64,000 bases of DNA from Eubacterium sp. (GCA_045578325.1 JAZNJZ010000033.1:38224-102223); one strand, 5' to 3'; positions 8,160 through 17,718 are shown, counted from the first letter of the stretch. The notes: generated by a model from the sequence alone, not told the origin. A program made the numbers and translations.

Positions 8160-9801
8160 CCCTTTCCTCTAATATCTCATTCACAAATTTACTTTCCAAT
8201 ATGTCCGTATGATATTCTTTCCCTTTGCCGGAAGATTTAATTTTCAATTCAATGCCAAAAGAAAGACTTTTCAGCCATACCACAAGTCGATTACGCCCTT
8301 TTTCCGTTTCATGATAAATGTCAATTCGCCCCAAAATTTCCCGATACAGCATCTCATTTCCCCCGCAAAAAGAAAGAATCCTGTCCACCGTTTTCTCTAG
8401 CTCATCCATACGCTCTTCAAGTTTGCTGAATTGCTGATTCCGATGCTCATTTTCTATTAGCAATGCTTGAAGACGCTCCCCTTCTTTGTCGTACCACTGG
8501 GATTGCCGTTCCCATTCTTCTTTGGTAAGAATTCCATCAAGAAGAGCATCAAAAGATTTTCGTTTTTTTGTCTCGATGCCTTCCAGCTTTCGATGTATCT
8601 TGTCTTTATCAAAAATGGTTTCCTTCGTTCCACACACTTCCTTAACACAAGATAATATTTCTCTTCGTAATTCATTCCGATCATCACACAAGAGCTTGAC
8701 ACAATATGTCATACAAGCAAGCAAAGCTCTATCATTAATTAAATTGTTGTTGCATCCCATTTCTTTTCCAGCCACATCCATTTTTAATGAACCATGTGTT
8801 GCTGTCTGATAACACCGCCATGCCTTGTATGTACCACCTGGCAACTTCTTCGTTCTGCTTACATATCGACTGCCACATTCCCCACAATGTATTTTCCCAC
8901 TGCACCAATAACGATTACTGTGCTTTGTCTTATTATCTGCCTTCAATGAACGTCTGGAAAGTTCTTCCTGTGTCCTATCCCACAAATCCCGATCGATAAT
9001 AGCTTCATGATGGTTTTTGATATACACCTTCTCCTCCGCTCCATTATTTATTTTCTTCTCATGGGTCAAATAATTTGGTGTATACGTTTTTTTCTGGCAT
9101 AAATCCCCCACATATTTTTCGTTTCGCAAAGCCCGAAGAATGACGTTGTTCGACCACCCAGAGAGCCGTTTTGGTCTTAGCCCTTCTTCCATTAGCTCTC
9201 TAGCAATGATGTGAGTGCCTTTTCCTTCGTTGGTGTATTTGTGGAAAATAGCTCGCACCACCGGAACTTCTTCTTCATTAATGGAAAGCACACCATCCTT
9301 CACTGTATAGCCTAGCATATCGCGTCCGAAAACAATTCCTTGCTCCATCCTTCGTTTTTGCCCCCATTTGACGCGCTCCGAAGTCTTGCGACTCTCTTCC
9401 TGTGCAATACTCGCCATAATTGTCAAACGCAACTCTCCATCGCTATCTCTTGTATCAATATTATCAATCGTAAATACGACGCCCACGCCGGCCTCTTTGA
9501 GTTTCCGCGTGTACGACAAAGTGTCCACTGTATTTCGTGCAAAACGACAAACCTCTTTGGTCAGAATCAAATCAACCTCTCCCAACAAGGCATTGTTTAT
9601 CATTTGATTAAATCCTGCTCTTTTTTTCGTCTGTGTTCCACTTACACCCTCATCATAATAAACGCGAGATAGTGTCCAGCCTTTATGATGCCTAATGTAA
9701 TCTGCAAAATATTTTTTTTGACTCGCTAGGGAATTTATCTGATCTTCCTTATCTGTAGATACTCTTGCATATGCTGCAACTCGTAATAGATTGTTTGACA
9801 T
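8140..9801 (-). CDS. Large serine recombinase (resolvase + recombinase + Zn-ribbon + coiled coil), SpoIVCA-like
   Basis: RVAAYARVST catalytic motif, Y.DEGVSGT, KEVCRFARN, SIAQEESRKTSERVKWG, LRNEKYVGD, CGECG...WRC; GGAGG RBS. Confidence 0.95.
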   Translation of the reverse strand: MSNNLLRVAAYARVSTDKEDQINSLASQKKYFADYIRHHKGWTLSRVYYDEGVSGTQTKKRAGFNQMINNALLGEVDLILTKEVCRFARNTVDTLSYTRKLKEAGVGVVFTIDNIDTRDSDGELRLTIMASIAQEESRKTSERVKWGQKRRMEQGIVFGRDMLGYTVKDGVLSINEEEVPVVRAIFHKYTNEGKGTHIIARELMEEGLRPKRLSGWSNNVILRALRNEKYVGDLCQKKTYTPNYLTHEKKINNGAEEKVYIKNHHEAIIDRDLWDRTQEELSRRSLKADNKTKHSNRYWCSGKIHCGECGSRYVSRTKKLPGGTYKAWRCYQTATHGSLKMDVAGKEMGCNNNLINDRALLACMTYCVKLLCDDRNELRREILSCVKEVCGTKETIFDKDKIHRKLEGIETKKRKSFDALLDGILTKEEWERQSQWYDKEGERLQALLIENEHRNQQFSKLEERMDELEKTVDRILSFCGGNEMLYREILGRIDIYHETEKGRNRLVVWLKSLSFGIELKIKSSGKGKEYHTDILESKFVNEILEERDEIRNG

Positions 9802-9851
9802 TGTGCTACCTCCAGAATATGGTCAAGCACATCATAAAATAATTATACACA

Positions 9852-10022
9852 CTACCTTATGATGCGTAAACTAGATTTTCTATTTTTTTGCAAAAGAATG
9901 TTTAGTTCCACATCGGTAAGTAATTTCTCTTTGTGAAGTTGTTTATAAATTCCATCTTTCAATGTGTCGTGAAATTTCTTTCTATCCTCACATACATTTA
10001 ATTTTTCTGCTTTTTCTTGCAT
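9852..10022 (-). CDS. 56-aa small protein, candidate recombination directionality factor (not in ORF track)
   Basis: Manual translation MQEKAEKLNVCEDRKKFHDTLKDGIYKQLHKEKLLTDVELNILLQKNRKSSLRIIR; co-oriented and 50 nt upstream of the recombinase; short SHOCT-like helical pattern. Confidence 0.55.
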   Translation of the reverse strand: MQEKAEKLNVCEDRKKFHDTLKDGIYKQLHKEKLLTDVELNILLQKNRKSSLRIIR

Positions 10023-10117
10023 TATCTAATCATCTCAACTCGAAATATATCTATACAATTTATGCAATAAAAAAAATAAATTCCCCTCCTTGGTGCAATT
10101 TCACCTCCAAACTCGGT

Positions 10118-10540
10118 ACCGAAGAACTGGCTCACATGGAAATTGTGTGTGCCATCATCCACCAGCTCACCAAGAACCTCACCGCAGAGGAATTGCAAGA
10201 GCAGGGCTTCGCCCCTTACTACGTGGACCACACCATCGGTTTGTGGCCACAGGCTGCTTCCGGCGAGCCATGGAGTGCCAGCATGATCCAATCCACCGGG
10301 GATCCCATTGCAGACCTTCATGAGGACTTGGCAGCAGAACAGAAAGCCCGCCTGACCTACGACAACATCCTCCGTCTCGTAAAAGACCCCGATGTGTGCG
10401 ACCCTATCAAATATTTGCGCCAGCGCGAATTGGTTCACTATCAGCGATTCGGCGAAAGCCTTCGCTTGATTCAAGATGAGCTGGATAGCAAAAACTTCTA
10501 CGCATTTAATAAGGACTTTGATAAGCAATTCTGTAAGTAA
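10118..10540 (+). CDS. cotJC: CotJC, 3' part of split gene
   Basis: TEELAHMEIVCAIIHQL...GDPIADLHEDLAAEQKARLTYDNIL...RELVHYQRFGE; no own RBS or start; the rejoined gene gives 202 aa. Confidence 0.92.
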   Translation, partial: TEELAHMEIVCAIIHQLTKNLTAEELQEQGFAPYYVDHTIGLWPQAASGEPWSASMIQSTGDPIADLHEDLAAEQKARLTYDNILRLVKDPDVCDPIKYLRQRELVHYQRFGESLRLIQDELDSKNFYAFNKDFDKQFCK

Positions 10541-10544
10541 TAGC

Positions 10545-10595
10545 CACAAAGCCCCCGGATTCCACCACAGGAACCCGAGGGCTTCTCTATTTATT
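10545..10595. repeat. 51-bp direct repeat, copy 1 (terminator-like hairpin)
   Basis: CACAAAGCCCCCGGATTCCACCACAGGAACCCGAGGGCTTCTCTATTTATT, identical to 15058-15108. Confidence 0.95.
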
Positions 10596-10620
10596 ACATT
10601 TTCATAGGTAGCTCTCATCT

Positions 10621-10929
10621 TCATTTTTGAGTATTTTTCAATGCATTGTACTGCTCTAACTCCCGTATTAATTTTCTAACCATACTCATTTGATCATCTG
10701 TCAACTCGGCTTTCATCAACTGCATATCATCTGAGAGTCCCAATAAATAATCGGAAGAAATCCCGAAAATCGTGCACAACTTAACAAGCACCTCAATAGA
10801 TGGGTACTTTTTCCCTTGTTCATATGCAGAAACCGTTCCCTTTACTAACTCCAGCTTTTGCGCTAACTGTTCCTGCGTCATATGTTTTTCCAAACGTAAT
10901 GCTCTTAACTTCTCTCCAAAATATTGCAT
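10621..10929 (-). CDS. XRE-family HTH transcriptional regulator
   Basis: FGEKLRALRLEKHMTQEQLAQKL...VSAYEQG...PSIEVLVKLCTIFGISSDYLLG; AGGAG RBS before ATG 10929. Confidence 0.9.
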   Translation of the reverse strand: MQYFGEKLRALRLEKHMTQEQLAQKLELVKGTVSAYEQGKKYPSIEVLVKLCTIFGISSDYLLGLSDDMQLMKAELTDDQMSMVRKLIRELEQYNALKNTQK

Positions 10930-10974
10930 GGCACTCACTCCTAAATATAGTATATAAAAGCAATGTCTCTTTTG

Positions 10975-11024
10975 GGTTGACTTGTATACTCTAGGTTGAT
11001 TTTGGTTGAATTTTTTGTTATACT
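10975..11024 (+). promoter_or_regulatory. SigA-type promoter of the islet operon with three GGTTGA repeats
   Basis: TTGATT (10996-11001), 17 nt, TATACT (11019-11024) with upstream TG; GGTTGA at 10975, 10994, 11004. Confidence 0.45.
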
Positions 11025-11059
11025 ATTATATAAAATAAAAGAAAGCGAGGATACACAAT

Positions 11060-12130
11060 ATGAAAAATGGATTAAAAAGAATACTTAGTCTGCTGCTTGC
11101 ACTTGTATTACTGGTAGGAGCAGCCTTAACACCTAGTCAATCAAAGACTGTCAAAGCCTTTACTGACAACACCACCATGGCGGGTGCCACACCGATTAAC
11201 ATTGGGGAAAGTCTGACAGGAACCTTTAATGATATTGACTATGAAACGCATTACTTTAAATTTACAGTACCTGCTGATGTTGGAAATCAGTGGATGAAAT
11301 TTTCCATGTCATATTATTCACAAGATATTTGGAATATAAAAATGGACATATGCGATTCACAAGGAGACTCTCTATTATCGGATAGTTGGTCACCTGGCGA
11401 GTCCGCATATTTCATAACTAAATCTGCTAATTCTGGCACATATCTAAAAAACAATCGAGTTTTGACTGCTGGTACCACTTATTACCTTAAACTATATCCA
11501 TCCCTAGTCAGTTCAGAAGGCAACTTCGCCTTATCCATCGAAAGTACCACCGACGACAACTGGGGAACATTCGAAAACGCTGAAGCTATCGGCGTGAACC
11601 AAAGAAAAAATGGTAAACTAGAATACAACGATGATATGGACTTCTTTTTCATCGATTTGCCAAAGGATAACAGAAAATATACCTTTACCGTTAACAGTGA
11701 CAATCAGACAAAGGTACTGTATACAAACGGTAACCGCATCAAAATGTCCGATGTTACAGTATCCGCTCACAATACCGATGCCTCATTTACAGCAACAGGA
11801 AAAGGACAGCGTATCTACATCTGGTTAGAAACCGGAAGTAGTAATGTCACCTCAGCCAACTATTCTGTAAAAGTAATTGGAGAAAAGAAAGCAATTTCCA
11901 CACTTAAATTAACAAAATACAAAAAGGGTACCAAAAAAATCATCGGTAGAACCGTTTCGAATGCTAAAGTTAAAGTTACCATAAAGAAAAAGAAATATAC
12001 CGTAACTTCAAAAAATACTGGAAAATTTGTTGTTAAATTGAAGAAGAAATTGAGATCCCGCAACAAAATAAAGATATCTGTTTCAAAATCCGATTACAAA
12101 TCTTTGAGAAAATCATTTCGCGTAAAATAA
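11060..12130 (+). CDS. Secreted protein: two PPC-like beta-sandwich domains + basic Ig-like C-terminal domain
   Basis: Signal peptide; two repeats of the pattern A..I.....G.....D..D.F.F; C-terminal KKIIGRTVSNAKVKV...GKFVVKLKKKL. Confidence 0.6.
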   Translation: MKNGLKRILSLLLALVLLVGAALTPSQSKTVKAFTDNTTMAGATPINIGESLTGTFNDIDYETHYFKFTVPADVGNQWMKFSMSYYSQDIWNIKMDICDSQGDSLLSDSWSPGESAYFITKSANSGTYLKNNRVLTAGTTYYLKLYPSLVSSEGNFALSIESTTDDNWGTFENAEAIGVNQRKNGKLEYNDDMDFFFIDLPKDNRKYTFTVNSDNQTKVLYTNGNRIKMSDVTVSAHNTDASFTATGKGQRIYIWLETGSSNVTSANYSVKVIGEKKAISTLKLTKYKKGTKKIIGRTVSNAKVKVTIKKKKYTVTSKNTGKFVVKLKKKLRSRNKIKISVSKSDYKSLRKSFRVK

Positions 12131-12162
12131 AGTAACTTTTCACACAAAAGGAGGAATTAATT

Positions 12163-13365
12163 TTGAAGAAACTAAGCTCACTAACCTACCTATTTCTTTT
12201 GGTAATATGCTTTGCTCTTTTCTCCACAGAAGATGTAAGCGCAAAAGGCAACAATTATAATGTATCCGCAGACGGAAAAAGCTGTAGCAAAGGTAACACA
12301 ACTTTCTCCATCAGCAATGATACATTATACAAAGAAAAAGGAAACTCAGCCAAGAAAAAAATCAAGAAATTTAAGGATCCGAATGACATGTCTTCCTACG
12401 AAATATGTGTAGCACGCAAGAACAGAATATATATCAATCAACGCATTGAAGCCTCCCCTTCTGTTCTTTACATGTACAATGCGTCTAGCAACCAACTCAA
12501 AAAGTTAGGAACCGGTATATCAATCGTCCAAATCATCGGTCAGTATTTTATCGCAGAAAGTGGCGGCCGCACCGATATCAGCACTGCCCCGCTATATCTG
12601 TACAAGTTTACAAACAACGGAGTAAAAAAAGTAAAGACTCTTACCAACTACGGCTTTGACACAGCGGTGTATGGAAAGAAATTTTACTATAGCTCCTATA
12701 CCCAAAAAGGGTTGACCAAGATGACCGTGTACTCTTGTAATCCCAATGGAACAAAAGCGAAAAAAATTTGTACCAAAGCTGCAAAGGATAAAGAATATGG
12801 AATGGTTCAATTTGTAGGCGTACACAAAAACTATTTACGTATCTACGAAAATGGAACGGAATCCAAATACTATTTCCGCAAAAAGAATTCAACGAAAACT
12901 GCAGCCAGCCATAACGCAACATCGTACAAATCATTAAGTGCTGTTGAAAGGCATTACCAAAAAACATGTACGGAAAAGGCTGGTTCTGGTATTTATGTCG
13001 CACGTCATAAAATCAAAACGGCATACGGCATAAAAAAAGCCTTGTTTGTCTATGTAAGTGGCTTTTCAGCAGATTGTACACAGACAGATATATTCTTCCA
13101 AAATGGAAAAAAGGTAATGAAGATGGCTACGATAAGTGGCGTACCTTACATGATATCCAAAAACAAAAAATATATTTCCGTATCTGGTAGTAGTACATTT
13201 TCTGCCCTCTACAAATATTCTTCTGGAAAATATAAAGAAGAAAAAATGCTTACTCCTAGCACATCCAAAGAGATGGCAAATGCAAAAAAAGCAGAGAAAA
13301 TCTGGCAGAAGAAGTATAAGATTACTTCATCAATAAACTACAAATACAAGAATGCTATAAACTAA
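12163..13365 (+). CDS. Secreted Lys-rich hypothetical protein (possibly beta-propeller-like)
   Basis: TTG start with AGGAGG RBS, signal peptide, repeated aromatic beta-strand motifs. Confidence 0.6.
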   Translation: MKKLSSLTYLFLLVICFALFSTEDVSAKGNNYNVSADGKSCSKGNTTFSISNDTLYKEKGNSAKKKIKKFKDPNDMSSYEICVARKNRIYINQRIEASPSVLYMYNASSNQLKKLGTGISIVQIIGQYFIAESGGRTDISTAPLYLYKFTNNGVKKVKTLTNYGFDTAVYGKKFYYSSYTQKGLTKMTVYSCNPNGTKAKKICTKAAKDKEYGMVQFVGVHKNYLRIYENGTESKYYFRKKNSTKTAASHNATSYKSLSAVERHYQKTCTEKAGSGIYVARHKIKTAYGIKKALFVYVSGFSADCTQTDIFFQNGKKVMKMATISGVPYMISKNKKYISVSGSSTFSALYKYSSGKYKEEKMLTPSTSKEMANAKKAEKIWQKKYKITSSINYKYKNAIN

Positions 13366-13392
13366 CAAAGTAAGAAAGTGAGGAACCTTAAT

Positions 13393-14187
13393 ATGAAAAA
13401 AATCATTACTACACTACTAACAATGACATTGTTAATAACTTCTGTCATTGCCCCAAGCCGCCCCCAATATATGGAGGCATCTAGTAACAATTATATGAAG
13501 TCACTAAATCTAAAATGGGACTTAAAAAAGAATAAGAATGTAACATTAACTGCTAACTATCCTGGAATTGGTCACAAAAAATTTAACGTAAAAATGACTA
13601 CCTATAAAATAGAAAACGCAGCCGATGACAAATACAATAAACTCACAGTAGGTTACACTGTAACTCGCAAGTGGACACCAACAAAAAAACAAGTGGATAA
13701 GATTCTCAAGACGTGTTATGTTAAATTACAAAAGGATTATGCTTATGTTCCTTTTGTAAACGGTTATGCCGTAGTTGATTATAATACAGGAGTTTCTTTG
13801 GAAGGAAAAAATGATTTTGATGTTACAGTTAAAACACTTAAAAACAAATCTTCTGGAACCAAAAAATTTAAATGCAAAAATGGCTGGATCAAACTTGCCA
13901 AAACTGCTACCGTCAAGTTCCAGGTAACATACCCAAAAGATTATACCGGATTATCCATTGGATTACTTGGGCGCAATGCAGAGTACGGAAAAACGATTCG
14001 TGTACAGGAAGATAGATCTATCGGAGTAACTGACGTGGATGCAACTTTTTTTGAAGCAACAAAATTGTCGAAAGTGAAAAAAAATTTGTATCGAGAAGAT
14101 GAGGAGGGAACGCCTTTCCGCTATGGTGATACTTCATATTATCTAAAAGGAAAGAAAAACTCCCATTGGCTACGCGTAAATCCATAG
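13393..14187 (+). CDS. Secreted Lys-rich hypothetical protein
   Basis: MKKIITTLLTMTLLITSVIAP signal peptide; GAGG RBS. Confidence 0.65.
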   Translation: MKKIITTLLTMTLLITSVIAPSRPQYMEASSNNYMKSLNLKWDLKKNKNVTLTANYPGIGHKKFNVKMTTYKIENAADDKYNKLTVGYTVTRKWTPTKKQVDKILKTCYVKLQKDYAYVPFVNGYAVVDYNTGVSLEGKNDFDVTVKTLKNKSSGTKKFKCKNGWIKLAKTATVKFQVTYPKDYTGLSIGLLGRNAEYGKTIRVQEDRSIGVTDVDATFFEATKLSKVKKNLYREDEEGTPFRYGDTSYYLKGKKNSHWLRVNP

Positions 14188-14221
14188 TAAAGATTAGCAG
14201 AAATAATCTCGTTAATATTGC

Positions 14222-14247
14222 AAGGGGCTGTAAGTAATAGCCCCTTG
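14222..14247 (+). terminator. Hairpin (putative terminator) after third islet gene
   Basis: AAGGGGCT...AGCCCCTT inverted repeat. Confidence 0.5.
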
Positions 14248-14291
14248 TGGTATTAATACTGTATGAAAAGCTGAAAGGAATGGGTACTACA

Positions 14292-15044
14292 ATGAATAAA
14301 CTCACAAAATCCACTATCATAATTGTGACAGCAATTTCTGTTATTGGAACTTCAAGTAGGAGCATGGTAGCGGCTTCCCCAAAATCCATTAAAGTAAGCG
14401 CTAAAAAAGTTACAATTATAATGGGGAAAAAGAAAACAGTCAAAGTTAAAAATGCAAAAAACTTTACTGTTAAAAGCTCTAAGAAAAGTATTGTAATGGC
14501 AAAAAAGAAGGGCTCGAAAGTAATCTTGAAGGCAAAGAAAACTGGAAATGCAAAAGTCACAATCAAGGCCCCCGGTAAGAAAAGTACTAAAATCCGAGTA
14601 AAAGTAAAAACGACTAGTACAACTAATAGAGCCCAAAAGAGCAATAAAAAGTATAATGAAGTTCAAGTAAGTACCGAAAAAAGAGCAGCCGCTCAAAAAG
14701 CTGCTGCCGGTATAGTAAAAGTTAAGTTTTCTGACTCTGACAAAGATATGGTTGACGGTGACACGGTAGTTCTTTCTCAGAATGACAGTATTAAGTATGT
14801 AAGTTTCAGAAATGAATATGTACTTAATATTTCCGATTATCAAGAAAGAATTGCATTAGCATATTATAATGAAATAGGATCATATGGTCCTTTTGGCAAA
14901 GTTCCTAAATGGCTAACTGACATTTATAAATCGCTACCAAATGTAAGAAAAGAACGTCATGGCAAAAAATTATTTATGTATTTATTTGATTTACATGATG
15001 AAGAAAGCGGAATATATTTAGAAGGTATAGGGACAAGCCTTTAA
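14292..15044 (+). CDS. Secreted protein with N-terminal basic Big_2-like domain
   Basis: Signal peptide; SIKVSAKKVTIIMGKKKTVKV...KAKKTGNAKVTIK matches the Ig-like group 2 pattern. Confidence 0.65.
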   Translation: MNKLTKSTIIIVTAISVIGTSSRSMVAASPKSIKVSAKKVTIIMGKKKTVKVKNAKNFTVKSSKKSIVMAKKKGSKVILKAKKTGNAKVTIKAPGKKSTKIRVKVKTTSTTNRAQKSNKKYNEVQVSTEKRAAAQKAAAGIVKVKFSDSDKDMVDGDTVVLSQNDSIKYVSFRNEYVLNISDYQERIALAYYNEIGSYGPFGKVPKWLTDIYKSLPNVRKERHGKKLFMYLFDLHDEESGIYLEGIGTSL

Positions 15045-15057
15045 AAACAAACTTACA

Positions 15058-15108
15058 CACAAAGCCCCCGGATTCCACCACAGGAACCCGAGGGCTTCTC
15101 TATTTATT
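15058..15108. repeat. 51-bp direct repeat, copy 2 (terminator-like hairpin 3 nt from clpB stop)
   Basis: Identical to 10545-10595. Confidence 0.95.
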
Positions 15109-15111
15109 CTC

Positions 15112-17673
15112 TTATAACATTTCCGCCTCGATGACAAAGCACTGTCCCGGCTCAAGCTCATCCGCCAATATTTTTTTCGCAAGCAATGTTTCCACATGTT
15201 TTTGCAAATATCGTTTCAGCGGTCTGGCGCCATAGGCTGGCTCATAGGCCTCTTCCACTACCTTGTCCATAGCCGCCTCGGTCAGTTGTACCGAAAGCTC
15301 CCGATCCGCCAAACGCTCATTCAATTCCTTCATCAACAAATGAATGATGCCACGAATGTTTTCTCGGGTCAGTGGCTTAAACATGATGATCTCATCCAGA
15401 CGATTGAGGAACTCTGGCTTAAAGCTCATACGAAGCCGCTCATTCACAAGCTCCTCTGCCTCTGGCTGTATGGTTCCGTCTTCGCTGATTCCATCCAGCA
15501 GATACTCCGCACCAAGATTCGATGTCATGATCAAAATCGTATTTTTAAAGTCCACGGTACGACCTTGGGAATCCGTCACACGTCCGTCATCCAAAATCTG
15601 CAAAAATACATTGAATACATCTGGGTGCGCTTTCTCTATCTCGTCAAACAGCACTACGGAATATGGTTTCCGGCGAACCGCCTCTGTCAGCTGGCCCCCT
15701 TCTTCGTATCCCACGTATCCCGGAGGCGCTCCGATGAGTCGTGACACCGAATGCTTCTCCATATACTCACTCATGTCGATACGCACCATATTTTGCTCAT
15801 TGTCAAATAGATTCTGCGCAAGGCTTTTTGCTAACTCCGTTTTTCCCACACCAGTTGGTCCGAGGAATAAGAAGGAACCAATTGGTTTCTCCGGATCCTT
15901 GATTCCCGCTTTGGAACGAAGAATGGCCTCCGTTACCTTCGTCACACCTTCCTCCTGGCCGATGACACGCTCATGCAAGGCATCTGCCAACTGCAACGTT
16001 TTCTTTCGCTCTGACTCCGTTAATTTAGCCACCGGAATTCCCGTCCAGCGAGACACGATTTTCGCAATTTCTTCCTCCGACACACTCTCGTGCACCATGG
16101 ACTGCTCATTGTTCTTTGCTTTCTCCTCTGCCTCTGCTAACTGCTTCTGAATCCGTGGCAAATCTCCGTATTGAAGTTGTGCTGCCTTTTCCAGATCGTA
16201 ACTGTTCTTCGCCACTTCAATCTGGTTATTTACCGCTTCCAACTCTGCCTTTAAGTTGTGGACTTTCTCCACCACGCTCTTTTCATTGTCCCACTTTGCC
16301 TTTGCCCCGGCAAATATCTCTCGCTCTTCTGCCAGCTCCTTTTGGAGATTTGCCAGACGCTCCTGACTAAGTTTGTCTGTCTCTTTTTTCAACGCCGCTT
16401 CTTCGATCTCCATCTGCATGATACGACGTTTCACATCGTCAAGTTCGGTTGGCATGGAATCCAGCTCAGTCTTAATCAATGCACAGGCCTCGTCCACCAG
16501 GTCGATTGCCTTATCCGGCAAGAAACGATCCGATATATAGCGGTCTGAAAGTACAGCTGCGCTTACCAAAGCGGCATCCATAATCTTTACACCATGAAAA
16601 ATCTCATAACGATCTTTCAATCCACGCAAGATGGAAATGGTATCTTCCACCGTTGGCTCGTCCACCAGAACGGGCTGGAATCGACGCTCCAATGCCGCAT
16701 CTTTCTCAATATACATGCGGTACTCATCCAGTGTTGTAGCACCGATGCAATGAAGCTCGCCACGGGCAAGCATTGGCTTTAGCATATTGCCAGCGTCCAT
16801 GGCACCATCGGTCTTCCCGGCTCCTACGATGGTATGCAACTCATCCACAAAGAGAATGATCTGCCCATCGCTTTCCTTCACTTCTTCCAGCACCGCTTTC
16901 AGACGTTCCTCAAATTCACCGCGGTACTTGGCACCAGCCACCAGGGAGCCCATATCCAGCGCAAAGATTTGCTTATTCTTCAGCGCATCCGGCACATCCC
17001 CCCGAACAATTCGCTGGGCAAGACCCTCCACTGCTGCCGTCTTACCCACACCAGGCTCACCGATCATCACCGGATTGTTTTTTGACTTTCGTGATAAAAT
17101 ACGGATCATATTACGAATTTCCGAGTCCCTGCCGATCACGGGATCAAGCTTCTGCTGTCTTGCTCGCTCCACCAGATCGTATCCGTATTTGCTCAAACTG
17201 TCATAAATCGCCTCTGGATTATCTGTGGTTACTTTCTGATTTCCACGTACTTTCGCAAGGGCCTGCAAAAATCTCTCGCGATCAATCTGGAAATCCTTAA
17301 ATAATTGCTTTACTTCCTGTGACGGCTTACGAAGTAGGCTTAAGAATAAATGTTCTACCGACACATATTCATCCCCCAGTGCCTTGGCTTCATTTTCCGC
17401 ATACACCAACACTTTATTTAGCGCCTCCCCGATGTATACCTGTCCACCACTGACCTGTGGACGTCTCCTTACCAATCCCTCTACTTGAGCAAGGAACACA
17501 TCCCCATCAATCTCCATTTTCTCAATCAATTTCTTTAAAAGACTATCTTCAATAGTGAGCATCCCGTACAACAAATGCTCCTGCACGATTTCTTGTGCCC
17601 CAAAATCATATGCAACTTTCTCAAGGCCATTCAAAATCTCAATTGACTTTTGTGTAAATTTTGTAATATTCAT
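15112..17673 (-). CDS. clpB: Chaperone ClpB
   Basis: Two AAA+ modules ([16 protein letters not shown]), coiled-coil middle domain, [23 protein letters not shown]. Confidence 0.97.
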   Translation of the reverse strand: MNITKFTQKSIEILNGLEKVAYDFGAQEIVQEHLLYGMLTIEDSLLKKLIEKMEIDGDVFLAQVEGLVRRRPQVSGGQVYIGEALNKVLVYAENEAKALGDEYVSVEHLFLSLLRKPSQEVKQLFKDFQIDRERFLQALAKVRGNQKVTTDNPEAIYDSLSKYGYDLVERARQQKLDPVIGRDSEIRNMIRILSRKSKNNPVMIGEPGVGKTAAVEGLAQRIVRGDVPDALKNKQIFALDMGSLVAGAKYRGEFEERLKAVLEEVKESDGQIILFVDELHTIVGAGKTDGAMDAGNMLKPMLARGELHCIGATTLDEYRMYIEKDAALERRFQPVLVDEPTVEDTISILRGLKDRYEIFHGVKIMDAALVSAAVLSDRYISDRFLPDKAIDLVDEACALIKTELDSMPTELDDVKRRIMQMEIEEAALKKETDKLSQERLANLQKELAEEREIFAGAKAKWDNEKSVVEKVHNLKAELEAVNNQIEVAKNSYDLEKAAQLQYGDLPRIQKQLAEAEEKAKNNEQSMVHESVSEEEIAKIVSRWTGIPVAKLTESERKKTLQLADALHERVIGQEEGVTKVTEAILRSKAGIKDPEKPIGSFLFLGPTGVGKTELAKSLAQNLFDNEQNMVRIDMSEYMEKHSVSRLIGAPPGYVGYEEGGQLTEAVRRKPYSVVLFDEIEKAHPDVFNVFLQILDDGRVTDSQGRTVDFKNTILIMTSNLGAEYLLDGISEDGTIQPEAEELVNERLRMSFKPEFLNRLDEIIMFKPLTRENIRGIIHLLMKELNERLADRELSVQLTEAAMDKVVEEAYEPAYGARPLKRYLQKHVETLLAKKILADELEPGQCFVIEAEML

Positions 17674-17718
17674 AGAAAAGCCCTCCCTTTCAGTGCGTTA
17701 TTCTAACTCTACATCTTT

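Larger units (their letters stand above)
7650..10117. mobile_element. skin-like integrative element (2,465 bp) interrupting cotJC, encoding a large serine recombinase
   Basis: Core GGT at 7650-7652 and 10115-10117; joining at the core restores LTDIG-TEELAH in frame; imperfect 14-bp inverted arms are symmetric about GG in the predicted attP. Confidence 0.9.

Noticed and set aside
7467-8240. 257-aa track ORF as a full CotJC
   Set aside because: It is chimeric: only codons 1-62 are CotJC and the rest is read-through into the element.
9802-9850. CATATTCT upstream of the recombinase as a sporulation -10 element
   Set aside because: It directly abuts the RBS and has no properly spaced -35.
9962-10117. 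N-terminal 51 aa of track ORF 9962-10540
   Set aside because: Non-homologous, AT-rich element sequence without an RBS; true CotJC similarity begins at Gly/Thr 10115-10120.
7656-10119. 7-bp direct repeat TCGGTAC (7656-7662 and 10113-10119) as the att core
   Set aside because: Recombination here leaves 8 extra nt and frameshifts cotJC (617-nt CDS). Arm symmetry points to the GG at 7650-51/10115-16 instead.
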